Source: Promethearchaeota archaeon
Lineage (GTDB): Archaea > Asgardarchaeota > Lokiarchaeia > Sigyniarchaeales > SOKP01
NCBI GenBank assembly: GCA_019058015.1
Contig: JAHLWH010000223.1
Span: 1-10,354, forward strand
Length of the DNA: 10,354 bases
Direction of reading: 5' to 3'
Of this stretch, positions 1-7,252 are shown one piece after another. The notes beneath the pieces were generated by a model. That model worked only from the letters and a program-made list of their open reading frames with translations. It ran no database searches and was not told the DNA's origin. Position 1 is the stretch's first letter, and every line of letters starts with the position of its first letter. The position numbers and the translations under genes are program-made.

Positions 1-2802
1 AATGTCAGTTAAAAGAAAATTAGTATTAATATCTAAAGCCTCACTATAAGAAGCATTTATTGTAATTTTTCTTTCATTAATAGGTGCATAAATATTAATG
101 TTAACTAAACCGAATCCATCAGTATATTTTGCATAAACTTCTTCTATAGAAGAGGTCCAGTAATAAATTTTAAAATTTATTGTAGCATCTCGTAAAGGTT
201 CATTAATTTCAGCTAAAGAAAAATTAAATTGTATAGAAAAAGAATTTCCTTCAATTATATTCTGGGGTAAAGAAGTTATTGTGATTAATACATTCTTTTT
301 TGCAAGAACTTCTATGTTTTCGGTGATAATGGAAGTATCATAATTAGTTTTTTCACCTTTTATTTGTAAAGTATAATTCCCTCCAATTAAAGTCCTTATA
401 TCAATTTCTTCTCTATAAACTCCATAGAACACAAAATCTAATTGTCCTTGAAATTCAGGTCTTTCAAGAATTTGCCATGTAACATATGCATTATCAATGC
501 CACTATCATGGAAAAGATCCTTAAAAAATAATGAAAGAGATGGTTTGGAACCCTCATATATTGGGGTAATTTCATCTAATATAAGTTCTGTTGGGAGATA
601 ATTAACTAGTGTAGAGACATTAGAAAAGATGGGGTTGTAGCCTTGAACTGAAATTTTTATAGACATATTTAGGTTTAGATATTCATTAATTACCCCTATA
701 TTTGTAGTATCCAAAAAAATCTCATAATACCCTCGGTCCTCGTAATTTCCAGTTGTTTTATATATTTCTGTCCAAAATAATGAATTATCTGCTAATTTTG
801 CTTCAATAAACGCATCCACTAACGGATTTAAACTTGTATTATCACAAATATATAATTTAATAAATTTTGTATTATCATCCACGTAAGGCGTATTATTTTC
901 ATAAATTAACCAAGTATTATATGTCTCATTGAAATACGCTCCTTCCACTATTGTAAAATTAGTAGATATTCCAGTAATATTCAATTGATTGAAATAATAT
1001 TTGTCTGGAAAGTTTGGTCGAATAAATATTATGCTGAGGTTATAAATCCCTACATCAATACCAATAGTCCCGACCGTAAGTATATAAGTTCCATTATTTA
1101 TGTTATTTATCAGATATTTTTTACTTGATGAAAAATCTAATCCCCATTCATGTTTAGTGTCATTATCATAAATAAATACTTCTGCATCCTTTATTGGATC
1201 ACCTCTAATCGAAGTATTATAATATATATTCATATCTGTTTCTTCACCAGGAAATAATTCTGTCTTAGGATCTTGAACCATATTAAGTTGACTTTCCCAT
1301 AAAGGATAAATATATATATCATCCAATTTAGCAGTCCAATTCATAACGTCCTTCGTATCATCAGCTGTAATGTTAAATTTGAAAGAAATTTCATAATACT
1401 GATCTATTTGGAGATCTTGAGATATATTTAATCTCAATGCATTCCAAGAATTTGAAGTTACTAAATTACTCTCATTTTTTATTAAAGTCTCATTCAAATA
1501 AATTTCTAAATTTAGATTTTTTACTCCAGTCTTGTTTAAAATTAAATAATTTAAAGCTAATTGATAATCAGTTCTTGAATTATTTTTGAGAAATGTTTGA
1601 TTTAATGCAGTCCATCCATTTGAAAGCGTTATAGTCTGATAAGATGAAGAAGTAAAAAGTTTATCGGTAAAATTATATTTAGATTGATAATTTCCTCCAG
1701 ATGTATAATTTTGCCAATCATCATCAGAATCAAAATTAGAATTTTTTAATAAATTATTAAGTGTTTTCATTAAAAAATAAACATTGTCAATACATGCAAT
1801 AAATTCTGACTCAATAATAGTATTTACACTTAGTTCTATTTCAAAACTTATCAAGTAATTTCCCCCCAATTTTATAGAATTTGGTATTTCTATTGAAAAT
1901 TTAGTTGGAGGTAATGTTGAGGTAATTTGATAAGACCAAATATTGGAATTATTAATTTTAACGGATAAGGTCGTATCATCAATACCTTCAAACGCAGATA
2001 CATTTGTTGTAAAATTTAAGAAATATGTTAGGTTATATAAATTCTCAATTGATACAGATTGATTAACATAAACTTGTTCTGTAAAAATTTTTGGTATAGT
2101 AGCGTTTGAATATGCAGCAACTAAATCTAAATTTACTTTATTAGATGGAGATCCAGGAATACTAAACAAAATATTAAAAGAATTTTGAGGCGAAGCGAGT
2201 CCACTAAGAGTTATATTAAACTCGATATTTGGTATACCTGAATAATTTCCCTGTCCGTAACCTCCAATAGGGGTTTCAGACTCATAATCATAAACTGTAA
2301 TATTCGAAGTATTTCCACTTGTTATATTTAGAGTTATTTTATCTCCGTTAGTTAAATTATCAGAAAAAAATACATCTAAATGTCTTCCATTCTTGATCTG
2401 TGCAGTAGTTGTATCATTATATAATAGCTCTGTAGTAACATTCTCAGTACTATCATAGAGGGCACTCTGAATTTGAAAATATTTTATGTATGTATCTATA
2501 TGAGGGTCGCTTGAATGGTTAAATTTTACACATTTATTACTAGAATCCCAATTTGAAGTTATATTATTACTACTAGTATAATTCCACCAAGTTATGCCAT
2601 CGTTAAAATGGGAATCTTGAAAGAGATTCATAATATCAAAAGGTGATTCTCCAAAAGAACTTAGTGGATTATTTAATGGTTGATCTGAATGTTGATGATT
2701 AGTGTCATTTTTTAACTTAATTAAATTTCCTGATAAAGTCAATAATAGTAAAGAACTAAAGAAAAACCATAGAGTAAATAGAAAAAAAATTCGCTTATTC
2801 AT
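1..2802 (-). CDS. Large secreted/cell-surface glycoprotein (partial, >=934 aa, 3' end outside window): signal peptide, CBM4/9-like jelly-roll domains, then tandem Ig-like repeats
   Basis: Hand translation from ATG at 2802 (MNKRIFFLFTLWFFFSSLLLLTLSG...) stays open to position 1 (...INASYSEALDINTNFLLTDI) with no stop, which explains its absence from the ORF track. It has a basic plus hydrophobic N-terminus. Jelly-roll-type ends are NLFQDSHF..WW...IDNVYF and NLLKNSNF..W...LDDIYI. Ig-like repeat motifs are PIKDAEV/PLVDAFI/GIDNAYV/PLRDATI and GTYIL/GYYEI/GVYRE/GNYTL. About 40 N-x-S/T sequons by hand count. Confidence 0.9.
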   Translation of the reverse strand, partial: MNKRIFFLFTLWFFFSSLLLLTLSGNLIKLKNDTNHQHSDQPLNNPLSSFGESPFDIMNLFQDSHFNDGITWWNYTSSNNITSNWDSSNKCVKFNHSSDPHIDTYIKYFQIQSALYDSTENVTTELLYNDTTTAQIKNGRHLDVFFSDNLTNGDKITLNITSGNTSNITVYDYESETPIGGYGQGNYSGIPNIEFNITLSGLASPQNSFNILFSIPGSPSNKVNLDLVAAYSNATIPKIFTEQVYVNQSVSIENLYNLTYFLNFTTNVSAFEGIDDTTLSVKINNSNIWSYQITSTLPPTKFSIEIPNSIKLGGNYLISFEIELSVNTIIESEFIACIDNVYFLMKTLNNLLKNSNFDSDDDWQNYTSGGNYQSKYNFTDKLFTSSSYQTITLSNGWTALNQTFLKNNSRTDYQLALNYLILNKTGVKNLNLEIYLNETLIKNESNLVTSNSWNALRLNISQDLQIDQYYEISFKFNITADDTKDVMNWTAKLDDIYIYPLWESQLNMVQDPKTELFPGEETDMNIYYNTSIRGDPIKDAEVFIYDNDTKHEWGLDFSSSKKYLINNINNGTYILTVGTIGIDVGIYNLSIIFIRPNFPDKYYFNQLNITGISTNFTIVEGAYFNETYNTWLIYENNTPYVDDNTKFIKLYICDNTSLNPLVDAFIEAKLADNSLFWTEIYKTTGNYEDRGYYEIFLDTTNIGVINEYLNLNMSIKISVQGYNPIFSNVSTLVNYLPTELILDEITPIYEGSKPSLSLFFKDLFHDSGIDNAYVTWQILERPEFQGQLDFVFYGVYREEIDIRTLIGGNYTLQIKGEKTNYDTSIITENIEVLAKKNVLITITSLPQNIIEGNSFSIQFNFSLAEINEPLRDATINFKIYYWTSSIEEVYAKYTDGFGLVNINIYAPINERKITINASYSEALDINTNFLLTDI

Positions 2803-2804
2803 TT

Positions 2805-2811
2805 AACCTCT
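2805..2811 (-). promoter_or_regulatory. Shine-Dalgarno-like site of the surface protein gene
   Basis: Minus strand reads GTGAGAGGTTAA-ATG, with GAGGT just upstream of the start at 2802. The spacing is short. Confidence 0.5.
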
Positions 2812-2984
2812 CACTTAAGACCTCTATGGGGGATTAGTAAATCTTTATGGTTTAGTAGAGATAATAATAATATTTAGATAATTTATATTTATGTAATTTA
2901 ACAAAATTTTAAGTAATGTTAAAAATAGCTCAATTTTTCCTTTTAAATTATGATCAAATCAAAAAGAGAAAAAAATTTTTCATT

Positions 2985-3004
2985 TGCACTATAATTTAAG
3001 TGCA
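2985..3004. promoter_or_regulatory. Inverted repeat TGCACT-N8-AGTGCA, candidate transcription-factor operator over the putative TATA box of the sugar kinase gene
   Basis: Perfect 6-bp arms (2985-2990 and 2999-3004) in a very AT-rich spacer. They flank TATAATTTAA, which lies about 28-37 nt upstream of the ATG at 3027. Confidence 0.4.
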
Positions 3005-3026
3005 TGATTTAATTAATTACATTTAT

Positions 3027-3983
3027 ATGAGTCCGCATATAATTAGTTTAGGCGAATTATTAGTTGAAATAATGAGGATAAGTATAGATGTGCCTCATAG
3101 TAAAGTTGGTGCAAATTACAGAGGTCCCTTTCCAAGTGGCGCACCCGCTATTTTTATCGATTCTGCTACAAGGATGAGTAAGCCTTTTGGTTTTACTAAT
3201 GGTTTTATTGGAGTTGTTGGAGATGATGAATTTGGCACTTGTATTGTTGAAAAATTAAAACTGGATGGGGTAGATATTTCTCAAATTAGAATTGAAAAGG
3301 AAAAAACAACTGGAATAGCATTTAATCAATATAATTCAGATGGTTCGAGAAAATTCATCTTCGCTGCTGGAGCTGCTGGAGAAACGACCCCTAATGATAT
3401 TAAAGAAGAATATTTTAGAGAATTTAAAAATTTGCACATAATGGGCAGTGCATTATCCATCAGTAAAAAATCTAGAGAAGCCTGTTATCAGGCAATAAAA
3501 ATTGCACAGAAAGAAAATCCAGAAGTTGTAATATCATTTGATCCAAATTTGCGCCCAGAAATGCTGGATATTAAAATTATTTTAAAAATTTGTCAGCCTG
3601 TATTAGATTCTTGTAAAATCCTTCTTCCTAGAGGTGAAGAAGCGGAAATGTTGGCAGGTATAAAGGGAGAAATAAAGGCTTGCAAAAAATTATTAACGTT
3701 AGGTCCTGAAATAGTTGTTTTAAAACAAGGGAGTAAGGGTTGTACAATTTTTACCAAACAAGAAGAAATATATGTTCAAGGATTTAAAGTTGAAGAAATC
3801 GATCCAACTGGTGCTGGAGATTCATTTGGAGGTGCATTTATTGTAGGTTATTTAGCAGGGTGGGATTTAAAAAAAATTGGAAAATTTGCAAATGCAGTAG
3901 GTGCTTTAAAGGTAGAAAATTTAGGTCCAATGCCGAATACGACTTATGAGGAAGTTAATCAACTAATTCTTAAAAAAAAATAA
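3027..3983 (+). CDS. PfkB/ribokinase-family sugar kinase, resembling the tagatose-kinase-like subgroup
   Basis: Motifs include N-terminal IISLGELLVEI, GPFPSGAPAIFID, GVVGDDEFG (PfkB signature 1), SFDPNLR, VVLKQGSKG and DPTGAGDSFGGAF (PfkB signature 2 with the catalytic Asp). ATG 3027 (MSPHIISLGE) is preferred to the track's GTG 3000 because PfkB homology starts there. Substrate is uncertain. Confidence 0.92.
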   Translation: MSPHIISLGELLVEIMRISIDVPHSKVGANYRGPFPSGAPAIFIDSATRMSKPFGFTNGFIGVVGDDEFGTCIVEKLKLDGVDISQIRIEKEKTTGIAFNQYNSDGSRKFIFAAGAAGETTPNDIKEEYFREFKNLHIMGSALSISKKSREACYQAIKIAQKENPEVVISFDPNLRPEMLDIKIILKICQPVLDSCKILLPRGEEAEMLAGIKGEIKACKKLLTLGPEIVVLKQGSKGCTIFTKQEEIYVQGFKVEEIDPTGAGDSFGGAFIVGYLAGWDLKKIGKFANAVGALKVENLGPMPNTTYEEVNQLILKKK

Positions 3984-4000
3984 AAAAATTAGAATTTTTT
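3972..4000. terminator. Reciprocal oligo(T) terminator tracts at the convergent kinase/PLD junction
   Basis: Stops at 3981-3983 (+) and 3989-3991 (-) are 5 nt apart. The minus strand reads T7-A-T9 straight after the PLD stop, and the plus strand has T6 at 3995-4000 after the kinase stop. Oligo(T) termination is the archaeal norm. Confidence 0.5.
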
Positions 4001-5413
4001 ACGTTTCTGATAATTTTTAAAATAGACTGCAATTATACTTAAAGAACTTATTATGATTAATATTGAAATATCAAACCCATATATTATTGTAAATGTTGGT
4101 TTAGTAGGTCCACCAGAACCATCACCGTATATTGCGAACCACCAATCCCGGTTTCCATCAACATCACCATCATCTTGAGGTTTTGGGCAAGAGCTTCGAG
4201 CCCAATTACCACTACTTATAATTAATGTATCATTATCAATAATACAATACTTACAATGTTGAAAATCAAAAGCTTCAGAGGCCCATAAGCCTAGTGCAGT
4301 ATTATTTTTACTTGGATCATCCTTGTCAGGTATTCCAAGAACCGTTAAATTAAATAGAGACCATCTGTTATATGCCTTTTCATACATATTAACTGTATCA
4401 TTTTCAAGTAAAAGTCGCACTTTTACCCCAGCAGCAATCCTATCAAGCATAATTCCTAATAGGTAAGGATGGGATAATGTATACACACTTAAATCAATTG
4501 ATTTTTCTGCATCATTGATTAATGAAGCGACTACATCATAACAATTATCAGGAGCAACAATGCAGGACACTGTCATTTTTCCTGTATAAGTGGTAGCTTG
4601 AAAGTGATTTGTATAGGTTGATAAATAAATTGAATTTACCTTAAGATTTGATGATGCACTGCTGGGTCCAGGGCCATTATAATCATCTGCAACGTTCCAA
4701 TCATGATTGAAAAGAGTAGTATAATAACCAGCAACATCTTCACTCTCAATCAATATTGCAGCTTCTCTATTGTCCCTTAGACCAGTTGGTGAGCCATTGA
4801 TTGAAGATATTAAAACATTTTTCCCATCAACAATAATCCCTTTATTATGGAGTTGAAAATATTGTGGTGAAGTGCCGTCTATTGTTTTAACTGTTATTCC
4901 TGCATTCTCTAATGCATCGGCTGTTCCTGTTACTTTTGAATCCGTGGTCTCTTTTAAAATCACACAGCAATTTACTCCACGATCTTTCGCTGCAATAATA
5001 GCATCAACTAGGTCAGTTAAAGTATTATAAATATACATAAATTCTATGTAAAGAGATTGCTGAGCACTATCAATTAATTCAATTATTTTGGTTTCAGAAT
5101 TATCCGGAGATAAAATAGGTGTTATACTCATTGTTTTATTAACAAAATCCTGCTTTGAAAATGGTTCATAGCTACTTCCATAACGATCCCAACTTGCCGC
5201 AAAGCCTAATCCATCATTTTCTGGTACATATGCATATCCATTGCTCCAATCCTCCTCAAAAAGTCCACGGAAATAATTAATAACCTGTTGTCCAGCATTT
5301 ATTTCTCCATCTTGACTTAACTCAAGTTCGGTACAAGACACAAAAGGATTAAAACATGTTATTGAAGTAAAAAAAAGAAGTAATGATAAATATATATAAG
5401 AATTTTCTTTCAT
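3989..5413 (-). CDS. Secreted, membrane-anchored phospholipase D-superfamily protein with two HKD motifs and a Loki-CTERM-like tail
   Basis: HKD motifs are HNKGIIVD...SSING and HCKYCIID...SSGNW. PLDc_2-type starts are SPDNSETKIIELIDSAQQSLYI and APDNCYDVVASLINDAEKSIDL, with RGV/AGVKVRLLLE and NRE/GNRDW also present. There is an N-terminal hydrophobic signal and a C-terminal IIYGFD + TM helix + KRKK. Confidence 0.93.
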   Translation of the reverse strand: MKENSYIYLSLLLFFTSITCFNPFVSCTELELSQDGEINAGQQVINYFRGLFEEDWSNGYAYVPENDGLGFAASWDRYGSSYEPFSKQDFVNKTMSITPILSPDNSETKIIELIDSAQQSLYIEFMYIYNTLTDLVDAIIAAKDRGVNCCVILKETTDSKVTGTADALENAGITVKTIDGTSPQYFQLHNKGIIVDGKNVLISSINGSPTGLRDNREAAILIESEDVAGYYTTLFNHDWNVADDYNGPGPSSASSNLKVNSIYLSTYTNHFQATTYTGKMTVSCIVAPDNCYDVVASLINDAEKSIDLSVYTLSHPYLLGIMLDRIAAGVKVRLLLENDTVNMYEKAYNRWSLFNLTVLGIPDKDDPSKNNTALGLWASEAFDFQHCKYCIIDNDTLIISSGNWARSSCPKPQDDGDVDGNRDWWFAIYGDGSGGPTKPTFTIIYGFDISILIIISSLSIIAVYFKNYQKRKKF

Positions 5414-5679
5414 ATTAGTTTCGCACTATTGTATTTTTAAATTGAATGATTATGAAGTTCTTTCCTTATTTATCTTTAAATTTACTGATATAAAAACTAA
5501 ATCTAAAAAAATATAATAATCAGCTAATAATTTTGAATTCAAATTTGGTTTTAATAAATACTCGAAAGATTATTTCAACTAGATTTTAAATGTGTAATTA
5601 TAGAAATATATGTAAAGGTATTTTAGTTATAATATAATTGAGATTTTTTTAATTAAAGTTTGAGTGAGTTTGATAAATC

Positions 5680-6327
5680 ATGGGAGGAAATGATAGTAGC
5701 AAAGTTGAATATTTAATCGAAGGAGTATGGATATTAGAAAATTTATCTGGAATATGTCTTTTTGAAGAAATTTATAGTGATTTTACTAAGGAAGGAATCT
5801 CAACCGATTTAATTACAAGTTTTTTATCGGCATTATTAGGTTTTGTAAATGAAGCTTTCACAGATGCAATACAACATATTCAATTATCAAACCGTAAAAT
5901 TTTATTCGAATTAACAAAACAAGTATTATTTGTTGTAGCTATAAACGCTAAGGCATCTGTTACTGATGCTGAAATTAAATACGCAATTCGGAAAATTGCT
6001 AAAGTATTTAATAAAAAATTTAAATCTTCTTTTAAAGATGGGAGTTGTGGTGGAAAAGTTAGTATTTTTAATTCATTCTCAGATGATTTAAGAAAAATCG
6101 TGAAAAAGGAGCCTTTAACATTAAAATTTTTAACAGTTGAGCAAGCTATAAGTAAATATCAAAAACAAATGTTAAAAACAACTCAAGGGTATTCCAAAAA
6201 AATACAAGAATTTCAAAAAACACAAATGAATGTGACAAAAGATTATTTAAAGGAAGCACGAGAACTTATGCTTTTAAGTAAAAGAGAGAAAAGAAAAAAA
6301 AAAATAGAAGAAAAAAAAGATAACTAA
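5680..6327 (+). CDS. Longin-like domain protein (Asgard eukaryotic-signature type) with a helical, basic C-terminal extension
   Basis: The pattern IEGVWILENLSGICLFE (beta-hairpin), TDLITSFLSALLGFVNE (helix), IQHIQLSNRKILFE..VLFVVAI (three strands), IRKIAKVFNKKF (helix) and VSIFNSFSDDLRKIV (helix) matches the b-b-a-b-b-b-a-a longin topology typical of Asgard longins. Recognised by eye. Confidence 0.8.
   Translation: MGGNDSSKVEYLIEGVWILENLSGICLFEEIYSDFTKEGISTDLITSFLSALLGFVNEAFTDAIQHIQLSNRKILFELTKQVLFVVAINAKASVTDAEIKYAIRKIAKVFNKKFKSSFKDGSCGGKVSIFNSFSDDLRKIVKKEPLTLKFLTVEQAISKYQKQMLKTTQGYSKKIQEFQKTQMNVTKDYLKEARELMLLSKREKRKKKIEEKKDN
6148..6255 (+). repeat. Two degenerate in-frame 18-aa (54-bp) tandem repeats in the longin protein tail
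   Basis: ISKYQKQMLKTTQGYSKK (6148-6201) aligns without gaps to IQEFQKTQMNVTKDYLKE (6202-6255): 6 of 18 identical plus Y/F and L/M similarities. Confidence 0.55.
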
Positions 6328-6350
6328 TTTTTTAAATTAATATTTAAAAA
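6328..6350. terminator. Probable bidirectional T-tract terminator between the convergent longin and ecfT genes
   Basis: T6 follows the longin stop (6328-6333), and T5 on the minus strand follows the tandem TAA TAA of ecfT. The two tracts form an AT-only inverted repeat TTTTTAAAT-taat-ATTTAAAAA (6329-6350). Confidence 0.4.
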
Positions 6351-6353
6351 TTA

Positions 6354-7247
6354 TTATGTAAAAAATAATGAATAAAGGGAAGGAAATTGAATAAATGGTA
6401 TAAAATGAATGAGACTTAATAAATAATACATAAAAAGTGCCCCAATTGTGAGAATAAAAATGATATCCTTCTTTTTAATAGGAATTTCTATCAGATTTGT
6501 TCGAGTTTTGTATAAACCAAAGCATCTATTTTCCATTGATATGGATGTGATATCTCCTTTTCTTAATATTGAGACCAGAATTGTGATGAGCCTTTCTTTT
6601 ATGAAATTATAAGCTTTCTTTAATGTATTCACCTTTTCTCTACCAAAACCCCTTGCCTTTTGGGCGAGTCCGATTGTTCTCGCCTCTTGTTGTATTAAAG
6701 GGATATATCGAAGTCCGACCATAAAAGCAAAACTATACTTATAAGAAACGCCGGTTTTCATCAATGCATAGACAAAATCCTTCATGGAAGTTGTATGGGT
6801 AAAAATTATTGCAGATAAGAATAAGATAAGAATCCATAATGCGTTTCTAAATGCATAATAAACGGCTAATCTTCTAATCGGTAAAAAAGTAAGATTAAAT
6901 AAATAGAATAAAATTTGAGATTCTTCATTGGGTATTGCGTTAAAGAAGATATTTAAGATTATTGAAAAGAGACTTAAGATTAGAATCCATTTAAATTTAT
7001 AAAAAAGAGATTTAATTGACATTTTGCTTGACAGCGCTAAAAAAAAGATTAATGCAAAAACAATTGAAAGAAAAATTAAGCTCTCGATTGAGAATACAAA
7101 AATCGTAAATAATATCAGGAAAAACAATTTACTTATGGGATTTAATTTATGCAAGAAAGAATTATTTGGAACATAAGAAAATAAATCCCTTGTCTTATCC
7201 AAATTGAATTGTTTCCTTTTAATTTTTGGTTTTTTGTTTTTAGTCAT
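6354..7247 (-). CDS. ecfT: Energy-coupling factor transporter transmembrane component T (CbiQ/EcfT family)
   Basis: Motifs are SFLHKLNPISK, multiple TM helices, FTHTTS, LRYIPLIQQEARTIGLAQKARG (first X-R-X coupling motif) and SMENRCF (second coupling motif). It starts 5 nt downstream of the ATPase stop. Confidence 0.95.
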   Translation of the reverse strand: MTKNKKPKIKRKQFNLDKTRDLFSYVPNNSFLHKLNPISKLFFLILFTIFVFSIESLIFLSIVFALIFFLALSSKMSIKSLFYKFKWILILSLFSIILNIFFNAIPNEESQILFYLFNLTFLPIRRLAVYYAFRNALWILILFLSAIIFTHTTSMKDFVYALMKTGVSYKYSFAFMVGLRYIPLIQQEARTIGLAQKARGFGREKVNTLKKAYNFIKERLITILVSILRKGDITSISMENRCFGLYKTRTNLIEIPIKKKDIIFILTIGALFMYYLLSLIHFIPFIQFPSLYSLFFT

Positions 7248-7252
7248 ATCTC

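Noticed and set aside
1309-1319. Short (TA)n run as a phase-variable microsatellite
   Set aside because: Only about five units, encoding D-I-Y-I-Y in frame, and expected in AT-rich DNA.
3000-3026. GTG start giving a 9-aa N-terminal extension of the kinase
   Set aside because: PfkB homology begins at ATG 3027, and the GTG falls inside the candidate promoter palindrome.
5414-5679. 266-nt divergent intergenic region as a possible ncRNA or small ORF
   Set aside because: Extremely AT-rich, with no stable stem, repeat array or credible ORF seen. Several TATA-like words are present but none can be singled out.
6130-6327. Calling the longin protein a true SNARE
   Set aside because: No clear heptad layers with a zero-layer R/Q, no TM segment and no CAAX box. 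Only the outline architecture is similar.
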